DNA of 63,998 bases, the filler included, from Streblomastix strix (taxonomy: Eukaryota): the NCBI GenBank assembly GCA_008636045.1. It is 4 parts of 4 records of this genome, joined end to end, with 100 filler letters (N's around TTAATTAATTAA, not from the genome) between each part and the next. Parts side by side here need not be neighbours in the genome. Positions count along the whole stretch, not along the records: positions 1 to 16,121 come from SNRW01000871.1; 3 more parts are not named here. One strand, written 5' to 3'. A program made the position numbers and the translations under genes. The first letter of the stretch is position 1. The number at the start of each line of letters is the position of its first letter. This document shows positions 1 through 14,775 of the stretch, piece by piece. The notes under the pieces were generated by a model. That model did no database searches and was not told where the DNA came from. It was given only the letters and a program-made list of their open reading frames with translations.

Positions 1-465
1 ACTACAAATACAACCAATAATAGAAACAGTTAATGAATAATAATAATAGATAGAAATTAATGAAACTAATGATTCAATTATTATTCGGCAAATAATTACT
101 CAAAATTTGAATTAATTTCCTTTTGCTATTGAATTTAATCATCCAAATCAAATTTTTCTCTTAATATATCATTAATTGTTTATAGTGATTCTTCCAATTA
201 ATATATCCAATTAGTGATTTATTGTTAAATTTGTAGCAATTGTTACAAACGCTATCTTTGACCATTTTCATCAAATTTTTATTTATAATTAGCTCTGTAT
301 TTATCAGGATTGAATATGCCATCATCATAATTGTCAGATTAGTTCAATTCATTTATGATATCATCAATATTTTTGACTTATTATGGTTTTTTTTCATTAG
401 TTTCATTAATTTCTATCTATTATTATTATTCATTAACTGTTTCTATTATTGGTTGTATTTGTAGT
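1..465. repeat. Perfect 72-bp inverted duplication at window start (1-72 vs 394-465)
   Basis: 1-72 is the exact reverse complement of 394-465. Confidence 0.9.
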
Positions 466-1851
466 TGTTCAACTTATTCAAATTATTGTTAACCATTTAT
501 TTCCGCAAAAATTTGATTTACAAATGCTACTATTTCAGTTGTAACAGTTATATGACCTTAATAATTCAAACGTTATAATTCATTCGTTAATATGTTTCTT
601 AATTCAACTATAGCGTAATTAGGTAAATATTGAACTGATAATTGATCAAATTAATTTTAAATATAAGTTTAACTCATTGTATACTTCTCCGATATTTTAT
701 ATAACGAAAAATACTCATATATTTTGCGTTAGATTTTGGCGTAGTTTGTTATTTTTATTTTTTTAAAAAATGGCATAGGAATTGAAGTCGTTATTAATAT
801 AAATCCCATCAATCAAATCTCCTAAAAAAATGCGTTAATTTGTAAAAAAGATTCATGAATTATTGTCCTATATAACAACATTCACTTTAAATAGATATAT
901 GACAATACCATAATTTACATTTCTTCGATGACGTGGTTAGATTCATGTATATTGTGACCGTAAATGTAAAACTAGATAACCTGAATTATTGCTTTAAAAT
1001 ATTAATTAGTTAAGTGATTAGTCTGAAAATATTATTGAAAATACTGATATAAACTCTGTTAGTGGCATAAATACTAATACTTCGCATTCTGACTCTTCGA
1101 TTAATTGAATGTATATTAATTTTATCTATAATATTTTTAATTATTGATACATAAAGTATACACGTATTTGAAATTTTTTAAAAAATTTTAGTAATTTATT
1201 TCATAATATTTAAACACGCGACCCTATAGCACTATGTTAATTAGCATATATATTTGTGATGTATGTAGTGATATCGACTATACATAGAAGTAATTGATAT
1301 AATTAATCTATTAATAAGTGAAGAAATTAATAGTTAAAATTCTAAAATTTTTTCATTAATTTTAAAATAAGATACTTAATTTTTGAATAATTTTGAATAA
1401 TTTTTAAATATTAATTCATATCATTATTTGATGACCAATGTGCTATAGGTAGCATTTATGCCGTTAACATAGTTGATATTTGACTAGAATTACCAACTTC
1501 ATATGTATATTACATTGATTAATTGTGCTCATTTTGTCATAAGGTTTATGGGTATAAATAGCGTGAATAAAATAGTTGTCTGTGGTAAAAAAAATATACA
1601 TCATATTGATGAAACTGTCACCATACGTGGGGATTACGAGGATTTGGAGGTATAGTCACCTGCTGTGGAGATTATGGGTACATTTATCACGGCTGAATTG
1701 TGCCTTAGTATAGATAGTAATTTGGTGCGGAGATTATTGGTACAAATAGCGTGGCAGAATTAGTGCTCTCTGGTACAGCTCATATATATTATTTCCATAT
1801 CCATCTAGAGCTTTTTTTATTAATAAGACTTTGTCTATAGACGATTGCTAA

Positions 1852-2790
1852 TCATTATCTGGTTACATCATTATGGGTCCTATCGTAAAACCTTGCCACT
1901 GTATTCGGCCCTTTCTTATGCTTTGTCATTCGACTAATCTATTATTACGTCGCTCTAATTTTAACTTGTTTAGTTACTGATGAAGCTCTTATTGATGTCA
2001 CCGAATACGTTAACTCTATTCCCGAAAGTTTCATTATCTTATGCACTGCTTTTGAGCCATATTTAACCGAAGTCACTCTCTTTATCTTCAAGAGATATCT
2101 AAGATTCTCTGATTTTGTTCTCTTTTAATTGTTATTAATTCACGCAACTAATCAAAAAGATGGTGAAGTGCTCTAATGCCTACTCTTGCGAAATGCCACT
2201 ACGACGCCACCATTGCCGCCTTTCTAAGTTACAATTGATAATTACCTTACTCAATTATCGCCTTTTATCGCCTCAGATCTCAACACCTCTTCCAAATGAA
2301 GCACTGAGAATATCATTATTGAAACAATAGTACATCCCATCATAGTTTTCTCAGATATTTGTCCAATATTTCTTGCTTATTCGTCAAGTATCTAGAATAA
2401 ATCGTCCAAATTGTAGATTGATTCTTCTTTTTGTGTCTTTCTCAGCGCTGCTCTATATTTCATCGTAATTACCTATAAAATTTTCCCTTAAATCTATTAA
2501 TCTGTATGTCCCGACACCTTAAACAGTAATGTAAGAGCAGCTACTCTTACAACGATATTGTATGCTGATGCTCTATTCTACATAAAATGTATGATATAAT
2601 TGATTATTTCTGTTTCAGGATCCTTATGTGATATCAAATCTTGCAATAAAACCCCCTATTTCTTTCAAATAATCATTGAACTATCCGACCCTCTATCTGT
2701 GCTTCCTCCAGGCAATGTGCCAACTTTAGATTGAACTGTTGATGGCATCATCACTTAACTCTCTTAATCGAGCTAGCTTGAAGAATGTTT
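1852..2790 (-). pseudogene. Tyrosine recombinase of DIRS element
   Basis: EESIYNLDDL, IMIFSVLHLEE (box I, R>H), YSVTSIRASSVTK, MTKHKKGPNTVARFYDR (box II H and Y); TGA at 1854-1852. Confidence 0.85.
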
Positions 2791-4715
2791 CTTCACCCTT
2801 TTCCTCTTGAACTTTTCTACTTAGAAATCTCCCGGTGGGAGATGCCGTCTTTATTTTCTCATGCAACCGCCTAGGACTAGAATTTCTGCACATCTACCCA
2901 CATGAACTTGGCTAATTTGAACGCTTTAAAACGCAGGCCACCAATGTTGTGCCTTCCAATTAGGAATTATGATTACACATTCTGCTTAATCTTTCATTAT
3001 TTTATTCAATACTCTTTAAATCTATATTATTAGACGATGCATCAACAGCGTTTCCCCCTTCTAATTTAGCTTGAACTCGTCCTTCTTTAACGCCCTGCAA
3101 TCTTCCATCAATCTATAAAACCTCCAATATTTTCTGTTTTGGCTGTTTGCAAAGACATCCACAGTCGGTCTAACATCCGGACACCTCAGAGCATCTTCTA
3201 AAATCTCTTATCTTGTCCCGTAATCCTCCACTCGCGAACAATCGTGACAACACGTCTTCATCCTAATTACTTTTGCCAGGAATGTGAAATATCGATATTT
3301 ATATTTGCGTTAATTCTACATTCCTTAGTATCATGTTTATAAGTGAAACTAATGCTGGAGCAGCCGCACCTTGATTTTGGTTAAACACTACGTTCGAATT
3401 ATCTGTTTATATTCGAAAGCTGCTGATTTTGTAACTGATGCGTTTCTTCTTCATCTTATATAAAGCAAGATACATCGCGGCTGTTTCTCTTTAGTTGGAC
3501 GAGGTTAGTCTCCACCGAGAGCTCCAAGTATCAGATAGTTTAATCTCTATTCTTGTGTTTTTTATTTCTAAAGTGGTGCCCCATTATTCTATGCTTGCGT
3601 TGATAGTTATTACGCCTTTTGGTGGTGTATTTCTCAGAGGAATAGGACGATTAATCGCAATTGATTTATTTCACCATCTCAAATCTGTCAACACACTTCT
3701 GTTAATCCACATGTAACTGTTCCAGTTCTTGCATTCATTGCTAAATTCTTCTACTTATTTATTTTTCACATATACAAGCCTTCTATCTTTATCAAAACCA
3801 TAAGCAAATTTAATTTTCCTGTCAATGAGGCCAACCACTTTATCCTGATTATCTTTCTCTTCACTATCATTCTTCTTCATTTCGATATTTGTAACAGCAG
3901 CTCTGCTCTTCTAATCATTGTCATTAATATCTGATTCGTGATTGTGCTGAGGAACCATCCTACATACTCGAATTGCTGTGTCGGAATTAAGACAGACTTC
4001 TCTGCTGATACATTGCATCCAAACTTTGCTAATATTTCCAAGATTTAAGGTGAGTTAAATTAATGCCTTTTTTTTGATTGATGAAGAAACACCAGATCGT
4101 CGCAATACGACACGCTTCTAGTATGTAGAGTTCATCGAATGTATCTAATTGTGTGTTTCATTATTTTATATAAAGTCAGAGGGGCATTTGTGAGCCTGAA
4201 ACACATTGCTGTATAAACGTAACTCTTCCCCTTAAACTTAAATCCTAGGAATTATCGCTGATTCCTACTAACTTGTAGGTGATGATAAGCACTCGTTATG
4301 TCGATCTTTGTTGCCCAATCCTCTTGGCAAACTACTTCTCTCAATATTTATACGTCCTATATTTTGATACGCTCCATTAATAGATACTTGTATAGTAAAT
4401 GACAGTCTACTACTTTCCTCTATTTCCCACTTTTTTCTATTCTAGACTGCTATAATTGGGTTGAACCACTTCACATCTTCTTCCTTAACTTCATTAATCA
4501 CTTTTTGCTCCAGTTCTTTACTAATTAACTGCTCCAATACTGCCAACTGAGTTTTAAATTAAGTATGATATATAATGATTCTATGCTCTTAAAGCATCTA
4601 ACGACTTCAAGAATCTTTTCATTTGGCGCAAATTCCTTACTTTACTGCTTCTGTTGCCCCAACTGCTTCCCATTCTTTTGAATGATTTAATGTGCAACTT
4701 CCTACAGTTCCCATC
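2780..4715 (-). pseudogene. Reverse transcriptase / RNase H / DNA adenine methyltransferase-like pol ORF
   Basis: WFNP, RKVVDC, KIDITSAYHH, YCDD (4107-4096), SSNQRETAA, TDN, HIPGKSN..LSRL, PTVDVFA, IIPNWKAQHWW; frameshift near 4440 and an in-frame TGA upstream of YCDD. Confidence 0.9.
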
Positions 4716-4749
4716 TATAGTTACTGCTGAAGTAGGTGAACCAAACCTA

Positions 4750-7221
4750 ATTTTGGATCCTATTTGGATAGCTTTTCCTGTTTGGTTTATATCTAAGTGC
4801 TTGAAATCTTCAGAATTTAACTATTAGGTAAATGAGATATTGCACTATTATTAGCCATCCATAAGTTCATTTGAAGCGGAACTAATCTTTGCTTGATGTA
4901 ACTATCTTCCTTCATGCCTTCTAGCTTAATCTAATCTTAGAAGTGAGGATATGAGGTATTGATGAGCGACCGATTGAGCCAAATTGTTGTAACTCTCTCA
5001 TCTTCTTATTCCGTTTCCTATTTAAGAGATTGTTATTTATTTTGCTTAATCTTATCTATGTGAAGTGATGATTGGCACAATTGAGTTTGATCCATTTGAA
5101 TTGGATGAAATGAAATATTATTGACTTATTCACCCATTTTTCTTATCTACTTTGTTAATTGATGATCACACGAATTACGTTTGTTTCTTAATTCTAAATG
5201 ATATTCTTGATTTTTTCCATATCTTACTAATTATCAATTCTCTGAATCGAGTTTGCTCGAATAAGACCGGAATAATTAGTTGAATTGCGCAAATTGCTAA
5301 ATTTAAGATTATCTTAGTTAACAATTTATGACTAATTGCTGATTCTCAAAGTCCGACTCTTCAAACTTGAACCGGAAAAACTAGCCATGCTCTCTGTTAA
5401 ATCATACTGACCGCGTCACTGATTAGCAATACTCGACACTTGAGAGTGTGGATTGCATTAACCAATGGCGAGAATCGCAACAATCCGACTATTCCTCATT
5501 AACAGACTCAAATATGATCCTCCTTATCATCCACTTCTTCTATATTCTTCTTCATTTAACTACTGTTATCCATCCATATCTTTCCAAACCTAGAACCTTT
5601 TGGCCTTCCTCTGCCTGTTCCTTTTTAACGAGGAAATATACCAATTTGCTTAATTTACCGAAGTCGTCTTTGCTTCAACTGGTTTGATCGAAACTCACTG
5701 AAGCAGGAAACCCTAAAACTTCTCCGTTCAGTTTCGTTTTCTCCATAATACTTTATTTCGTCGTTTCAGAGTAAATTTACGTCGTATCTGGCTTTGCATA
5801 AACTCCATTAAGTTACTCTTGAACATTCTGCGCTTCTCCTGCAGCCAATAAAGCCAATTTGTATCATGCAATCAACTTCTTCATAAAGCCTTCTGGTTTG
5901 CCTAATCTAAGCTAAAACATCAAATCCAAAAACACATGCCATATTATTGCTGTAGACTCTAAGGCATTTCGATACATCAGCATTTCCTCTCCATTAGTTG
6001 GTAGGGCTACAAATGGTACCATCCAAAGCCGATTCGCCAACTTTCGTTAGATTTTCTAGAATAAAATCTGCTTCTCCATCAGATGCACCACAATTGCTTT
6101 TGGATCAAACTTTCTCATTTCAGAATTACAAATTCCTTCCATCATCTGCTCAAAATTTTTAGCAACTGCATCTTCCTCTCTCAAGTTGAACTTGGCGTTT
6201 TCTTTAAACTTAACATCAAACTATTGTGAAAGTGACATGATTCCAGCAGTACCTTGCAAACATACACCTTAGGAACTATATATGAAGTGGTTTAAGATAA
6301 TGAGCCTGTATGAACTGGGGTTTACAATATTGGAGCTTATTATTCTACAATATTGTACATCAAAGCTTGCACAACCGAAATCATATCAACCCTTTTTCGC
6401 TTATTCTTCTCAAATAGTGATTGCTGAGCTACTAGAGGATCCATTTTATACATCAATTGCCCCTAGCTATCATATAGATTTAAATTTCTTGAAGTATAAT
6501 CTCCATATGAACTGCTCGAGCTTTACAATATATTCAAGCGCTATTCCCAAACATCCTACTTCTTACTAGAAATCCAAGCCTTTTCTTCCTCTGTCGACTC
6601 GAATTATAATTGTTCGTGATGTTTCTCGAATCATAAATCATTCACTATTCCAGTATCTCTCACTACAGCTCTCACCACATCGTTTTCTAAAATGAAAATT
6701 TTACCACTTAGCTCCCCGAATACAACAGACAAATCGATGGTATTCATGTAAGTATCAGTTAACGCTAACATAACTTCATCTTCGTCGTACTCTTTAGCAT
6801 CAAGATGCAGTAGTTGGTCCAAATCGATTTTCTCCACTATTTACTCGCAACCAAACACACGCGGCGTCGGCTATTGCTCCTTTTCTAGACTGTTCTTGTC
6901 AGTTGCATCATCAGGTGAATCTCATGATCACGCCGCGCACTCATCCGCGAACTAATCGCACTAGCTTTGTTGACTAGACCCATTTATCACTAGCATTGAA
7001 AGTTTCATTAATAATAATGAGCTCTAGATGGATGTGGATTGAGTAAATAGTTACGGAGTAAAAGTAGTGGCTATTGATTCATACCTGTACAAATATCTGG
7101 ACAAGCAATATATTCATTAAATTATAGTGCTATCAAATCATCGAATGACTAGTTTAGAATGACTTTTCAGTTGGAATTTTGAAATTTTGAATTTAGTCTC
7201 GTTTCAATTATTATCAGACAT
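4750..7221 (-). pseudogene. Gag-like ORF1 region of DIRS element, disrupted
   Basis: Long coding-like minus-strand frames upstream of pol; assignment is by position only. Confidence 0.5.
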
Positions 7222-7831
7222 TCTTTAATAAATTATTGTTTAATGAAATCATTATAATGGTAAAAGTAAAATATAAATCTTCAAAAACGTCTACAAGCCG
7301 AGTTACATTTTGAAAATATATTCTGCTTAATTACTTGGCATATGATTAATTTGAAGAATTTTCATTATATAAGATTATTTTATAACTCCAAATTCTCAAT
7401 TAAACTTTTTGTTTTTCATACATTTGATGTGATTTGAGCGAGTTTGATTTCATGTTTTTATTGCTCGGAAAATTTGATTTCTATTATAAAAGTTAAATCG
7501 AATTTATTCTTGCTTGTTATATTTCAATACAATAAAATTATGTGATATCATTATATATGTTAAATATGTTGTACAACAGAACAATATTAAATTGACTTTT
7601 ACACGCTTATTGAAATAAATATCACTATGATATTATGTTATCTATATTTTAATTTTATTCCCTATTTTATTGTTTACTCCAAAACATATTAATTCACACT
7701 ATAAACAAGCTATCAAAATTTCTAAAAATAATTTGCGTTTTACCCATGATCCTTATTGTTTCATCCTTTAATATTTATTTATTTATTATTTTTAAATATT
7801 GATTTAATTCTAGTTAATTTCAACGTTTACT

Positions 7832-10800
7832 ATGCTTGAAACATGTCCGTCATTTTAATCAGGCGATATCATCGAAGGTACGTATAGAATTGTTGAATAG
7901 ATAGGTGGTGGATTGTATAGCGCTATTTTAGAAGGAGTTAGTAAGAACTAAACTGCTTCATAACATGTTGCGATCAAATTTGAGAATATAACTCTTGAAT
8001 GTCCAAAGCAACCAAATGAAATTTTAATTTTGTAAGCACTTGCTGGTATGATTGGGTTTCAAATTCTTTTATTCTGTAAATTATATTGTTTTTTCTTTAG
8101 ATTGCAAACATTTTGCATAGTTTTATGGATAAGGAACACATAAGAAATACAAATTTGTTGCTATGGAACTTCTTGGACCATCTTTGATGTATGAAAACTT
8201 TTTATTTTATTATATTTATATTTAACTATTAATTAATTTCATATTATTCTTATATATAGTGACCTTGTGAATCGTAAGATACCTAACAAATTCTGTCTTC
8301 ATTCTATTCTGAAGTTTGGTGTCTAAGCGATTGAAGCTCTTCAAGCACTACACAAAATTGGTTTTATTCATAGAGACTTAAAACCAGTTTGTTCAATTTT
8401 TTATATTTATTATCATTCGTTATTAATTGATACATTTTATATAAATTAGAGTAACTTTGTTATTGGAAGCACAGTTGAAACATCTTCCAAGATATATCTT
8501 ATTGATTTTGGAGTTAGTTAGTAATTGAACATAAAAGATGGAAATATTAATAAGGTTTAAATTTAGATTTATTTGTTTATTATATTTAATTTATTTATAT
8601 CTAATAATTTCATATTTAATAACAGCCATCAATTAAAGACAGTTACCAAGGCGCATTCAGATATGCATCAATAAATGCTCATCTTGGGAAAGAATTTGGT
8701 CGAAATGATGATTTGATGAGTTTAATCTACATTTTGGTTGAGTTATATACTGGAAGTCTTCCATGGGCTAATATAATTGATCCAGTTTGCAATTTAATAT
8801 ATTTTATATATCTTTTATTGTAAAATATTATATTTATTAAATATTATTTTATTTTATAAATTTTAATTATAATATTTTTTTTGTTTAATTAATTTACAAT
8901 TATTAGGATGAAGTATTACGATTGAAAGAACAATATCAAGATGGAATTTTATTAGCTTTTATGCCTCCAGAATTCAAATAGTTCGAAGATCACATTCTTT
9001 CTCTTGATTATACAACAAAACCCGATTATTAATTACTAACTTCAATTCTGTATAAAATAGCAGTAAATAATAAAATCGATATTAATGCACCATTTGATTG
9101 GGAAAAAGAGTTATTAATTATGAGAAATATATATAGATAAGAAAGGATATTAGAATGGTATAAAACGTAGATTCATGGACAATAAGCGAAAGACAATTTC
9201 AATACAGACTAAGATTGTACGATTTCATTGTTAAAAACAATTACATAATTGAATAATGAATAAATATCCTAAGAATAAAGTAAATTAGACTAGAAATCAT
9301 AATCAGATCAAATGAAATCAAGTAATAATATTGGTAACAAATAAAATTTAATTTCATCACACCATGATGCACCAATTTTAGATTCTTCAACTACATCTTC
9401 AAACATGATATAAGACTAATTGTATCAATTATCATAATAATAATCATAAACAAAATAAATCACATAATACTAAAGACAATAATTTTAAAGTCTAATGGCA
9501 TCACAAATAACAGATACAAATGAATAGGATCCATCATCAAATATATTTATAACTGATGATAATTATCGCGATGGTAATTATACCTTTCCATCAATAATAA
9601 CAAATATTACAAATTCAACTGGCAATCCATCGTAGATAGAAAATTCTCCTTAACATTCTCCATAAAATGATATTCTGAATTGATAATAATAATAATATTC
9701 AGATGATAAAGATTTAACTTTGGGTAATAATTCGAAACTAAATCATCATTAAAAAGCCCATAATAAAAGTTTAAGTAATAAACACTCTTTTAATCAGATA
9801 TTTCTAAAAACTATGAATAAATCTTTTAATTTAAATTATAATTAAAATTCAAAGAATAATTTATTAAAACATTAATCTGATACAGACCTGATTTTTCAGT
9901 AAAATTCAATTAATGATGATGAAGATGATAAAACTATTTATTAATCTGCAAACTTCCATAATTTAATGGACTAACAAGAAAACTCTTCCAATTAACTCAA
10001 TATTCAGCATTTATCTCAATAATCTTCATAATAAACATCAATTTAGGATGAAAACATGAATTTTGATCTTTCAATAACACCATATACATTTATTACATAG
10101 ACAACTCCTTAATCTTAAAATTTCTCAAATTTATTACCTATAAGAAATTCCTTTTAATCAACACCTAAAATCTCAGAACATTCTCCAAATTCCAATTTAA
10201 TTAATTCAAAATAAATGCATACAAATGAATAATTCATTAAATTAAAGTAAAATAATAATAATTATAAGGAAAAAGAAATAACTATTAAAACTTATGATAA
10301 AGAAAACAATAATTAAAATGTATTAAAAGCAAGTCCATAAAAGAAGAGATCATTTACTTAAACTATGAAGATGCAAATTAAATAGATTGTTCATATTCCA
10401 ACTCATGAACAATTTTCAAATTAAATATTAACACCAGTTAACTCCGACAATGAATAATTTGATTTTGTTGAATAACATCCAAATTAAATTAATTATTAAG
10501 AACACAATTAAAACGCAGATTTAAACAACCAAATTTCATAGCAGAAACATACCGTAGCAGACAATGATGCATTGATAAATAATAATTCACACAGTCATAC
10601 ATAACAAAACATCCCTTCACTTCAACCGAACACAACATCATTATCTTAATTTCCCGATCTAAATACTCCCACTCCCCATTAAAACATTTCATAATAATAA
10701 TTAACATTTATTAATATATAAGGAAATATTTCGTCTTCATAATAATCATTAATATAAAATAATGATTCAACCTTTGTAGACACATCTTCTATTCAAGATA

Positions 10801-11150
10801 AACCTATAACTCAAATATCATTTACAAATACCCATTCAGTGTCATAAGTTAAATCTAAAAGTGAAGAAGCGACAGAATATAAGTCAAAACAACAGAGTTC
10901 TTCATCACTTCATTAATAAGGAAATGCATGGAATTCAGACGATGATAGCTAGTGTTCATAATTAATATTATAAAAGGCGGATATAAATAATAAAGTAATT
11001 GATGAGAAATGTATAACAGATTAAAAACAATTGATTGATTAAATGGATTAAATAAATATATCAAAAATTCAATTGTAAATTAATCTGGATAAAAAATCCA
11101 ATTTGTTAGATACAGTTAATGACACTTAATGTGGATGTTGTATTCTTTGA
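7832..11150 (+). CDS. Casein kinase 1 / tau-tubulin kinase family Ser/Thr kinase, ~978 aa, 5 introns, N/Q/S-rich tail, C-terminal CGCCIL
   Basis: IGGGLYS, VAIKFE, MELLGPSL, HRDLKPSN, LIDFG, RYASINAH, GRNDDL..LPW; GT-AG introns 8046-8100, 8189-8259, 8387-8449, 8555-8625, 8785-8906; spliced length 2937 nt is in frame. Confidence 0.92.
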
Positions 11151-12199
11151 ATTTATTTAAAGGATCAACGTAAGAATTTTAGCTTAATTGTTTGTTGATT
11201 TGAATATTTTTCATTTTTGTTTACTTTACTCTTGTAATATTAATATTTTAGACGTGTTTTATAATTTTTTTTATTTTGGTTTTTGATTTTTAAATATTAA
11301 GTGATTTTTATTAACATTTATGAATATTTAAATGATTGCCTCATATCACCATTGGCAATCGAGTATAAATTTACTTTTATTCTTTAATTTAATATTTACT
11401 GTATATGTCGCAAAAACCGCCTAAAATCGTGTGACTGCATGGGAAGCTAGGGGCTTTCTCATAATTCAAATAAAAATTTATTATGATACAATTTTGAACG
11501 GATATTATTTCATAAAATATTAAAGCCTGTAAAGATGAAAAAAAATTTTCTTTTTTTTTCAATTAAACATATTTGGATCATCATTTATAATCCATAAATC
11601 ACTAATTGCGTGAAAATTTATAAAAGTAATAATTAAATACTTCAAATAAGTAAAATAATGAAGAAAAAACACTTTTTTCAGCAATTCCTTTTGAGTCTAT
11701 CTTAACTCAACAATTATATTAAATATTAAAACAAGAAAATTTAATATACATAATTACTTGAAATAATTCTATAAATTTAATTGTAATCTTCAAATTTTAA
11801 CTTTTTTTATTTTTAAGAAAAAAGTCTTGTTGCGCAATTTACAACAAAATTCCATTTATTTAGAGTTCATTATATTAATATTTTATTTTTTTAAGTCAAT
11901 TATAGGATAAGTGTTAACTTGATTAAACACATTTCGATGACGATCAGGTATTAATTATTTTTTTTTAAAGAATTATTTTGTGAATTTCTAAAATCTAAAT
12001 GTATTTATACTTTAAATTTTATTTAAAATTGTATATTTACGACAGATAGTGATAATCAGACTAAATTGACATAAATACTGAAGACTATCTTCGGGCAGTT
12101 TCATTTATTCACAAATATAAAATAAAGGATTATCAAATTTTTTTATGTTTTATTTTTTTTTGTTAAATTGAATTATTTATTTTAATTATTGAATTAAAA

Positions 12200-14775
12200 C
12201 AAGTAAAATATGCATATTGGAATCAATCACGCCAACTCGCAGAAAAATGTTTGCAAAGACACACGTTATCCACCAATCCCCATGAATCTTTTTGCCTGTG
12301 AGAACTTTCTCTCAATTCCAGCTTCTGAAGAAGGAATTGCAAGAACACTATCTGTAAAATCGACGAAAATTTTCATCATTGGATTTGATTTATTTTGACC
12401 CTGCCAATATCCGATTTAGTTATCAATGAGCATCTCATCATCCATTTCTCCATATTTTCCAGCCCAAAAAAGAACAGCTTCATTTGCAAAATATTATGAT
12501 AATATTAATTCTTCATCATTCAACGTTTGGTGTATCAATTGAACTTCTTGTTCTTATTCAAGATCATCAACTGTACTTGTAAGAAATGTAGCTGTTGGTG
12601 AATTAATACCAGATTTACCAGTGATGATTTGATTAAAAATTGGTGTACCTGTAACAGATAAATTAGGAGGCAATTTCGGATAAATATCATGAAGGATCTG
12701 GGTTCCATGAATTGAACTATTTGATTTTCTTTCAATTTATTTGGTATCTTCAATATCTTTTTCCATTGGTGAATTTGAAAATGGCGATTCTTGTTTGAAT
12801 TCATTCTATTAATTAATCGATGAAAACATTTATTGATCATCTGTTTCATTCAATTCTTGACAGTTGATGAATTGTAGTTTCTCATTTTATTCTTATTCTG
12901 ATTTATATAATTGATATATTTATTGGTTTGTTTCTTCTTCATTAAATTGGATGTGATGACTCAGTTTCAACCTAATATTTAGAGTTTATTCCCATTATTT
13001 AGCTTAATTTTGATTTTACTAATGCCTTGATAATGCGTAATCTTTCAATTCTTAATGATAAAAGCAAATTGATATCCTTTTAAGATAATCTAAGCACCTT
13101 GAATACCAATTGATCTTTTGAACAAGAATAAAACAAGGAGCAATGGGATCTGGTATTTGAATTTGAGACATGGCTAGTTGATATGCATTTTCAACTTTTT
13201 ATTTAAGTATTCTGTGCTCAGGATACTTGTCAGGTTTCTGAGGAATTTGAATTGATTTGATATCAAAGAATGGTAGAGGTGGAATAATTTCAGAAACATA
13301 ATTCATTGATCCAAAAGTTAATTTAAAAGACTAAGTTGTAGAACTGATCATTCCTAACTGTCGTTTTTCCATCAATTTCTTCCCTGAGTAACTAAATGCG
13401 AAGGCACAAGCAAATAAATCTGTGTGATCATCACCAAAGAAGTAGAAAAATATATTCTTGCAAAGTGTTTTGATGAATGAAAGCCATGGCTCATAGCTAA
13501 AGATTGTAACTGAAAGATGATAATAGTGAATAAGTAGAAAAACAGCTAATGGGAAAACATTTGAGACTTGTGATGTATTAGACTCAAGAACACTCGTTGT
13601 TTCAAATAAAGGCTTAGTCAAATAGTAAAAATGTGAAGCAAATTTAACAGAATTATATTTTCTACTTGATCTCAATTATATAATTTCTTCTGAATGATCC
13701 ATTACTTGCTCCGCAGCGAGAAATATTCCAATCCATCTTATTTTGCAATAAGATTTTAAATAAATACCAAGTTCTTTAGAATTCGATTATGAATGTAATG
13801 AACTTATATCTTCATCCACGATTGTTAACATAACATAAATGTCGTAATGCATATCAATAGCATTTTTTAGAGCTCTGTCAAGCAAATGATCAGCACATCT
13901 GTTTTGAATTAGTTTTGACAACCTTTTAGGTAGAAATCAAGAGTAGTTTTGCTTAGAAAATGGTGATAATGCTGATGTGAACGATGAACCACCATCTGTT
14001 GTGGCTCCTCCAACCCCAATTTTGAATTGCTACAAATCTATTGTTGTTTAAGCCACAAGTTTAGACAATCCTTCAGCTGTGCAAGGTCCACTATATATAG
14101 ATAAAAGTGTTGGTTCAGGAGAAATTAATGGATGAACTAGACACATTGGAACAGCATGAATATGAGACATCATTCCTGCATCAAGAATAAGAGTGCCTTC
14201 TTATTATGAAATACTCTCAACCTTTCATTACATTTCGAATGTGCTTTCTAAACAATTTTTTCTTTTAGTTTATAAATAGTTATCTTTGGTGATAAAGAAT
14301 CAGGATTTTCATCTGGAAATGTCTTTTACAATCCTAATGAAGTTTTGATTACTCTAAGCATTTAAGATGATATGCACACTTCAAATGGTACTCCGTGAAC
14401 TTTATGCAGATCTTCAAGTGCATCAATGATAGAATCTGAACTTAACTGAATTTTTAAACTCTATAAATTATCTCCTAAACAATCATGCTCGATGGAATCA
14501 ATATTATCTAGCCTTCTATCCCATTAACAAAAATTTCCTTCATATTTTACACAGCAATGAATATTTCGGTGGCCTGACCTTTTGCTACTTAGCAATTCCC
14601 CTTCACTGTTACATTTTGAATAGATGCAAACTTTATAAACACCTTTGCAGAAAAACTCACATCTAATTCTAAATTCATTCGCTAAAAACGGATGTGGTGT
14701 TACTTAAATGTATTCAGTATCGCATTGAGGCTCTGATTCATAATTGTTTAGAAAGGAAAATCTTTCCTACGTCTA
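12200..14775 (-). pseudogene. hAT-family DDE transposase, decayed
   Basis: TLILDAG, GATTDGG (~13990), RCADHLL CxxH (~13890), KIRW, C-terminal LAIPSSEAGIERKFS (~12300-12355); in-frame TGA near 13940 and frameshift near 14200. Confidence 0.8.

Larger units (their letters stand above)
1560..7250 (-). mobile_element. DIRS-like tyrosine-recombinase retrotransposon, decayed (gag-like, RT-RNase H-MT, YR); boundaries approximate
   Basis: Minus-strand domain order gag-like > RT > RNase H > Dam-like MT > YR when TAR=Gln; in-frame TGA and frameshifts present. Confidence 0.9.
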
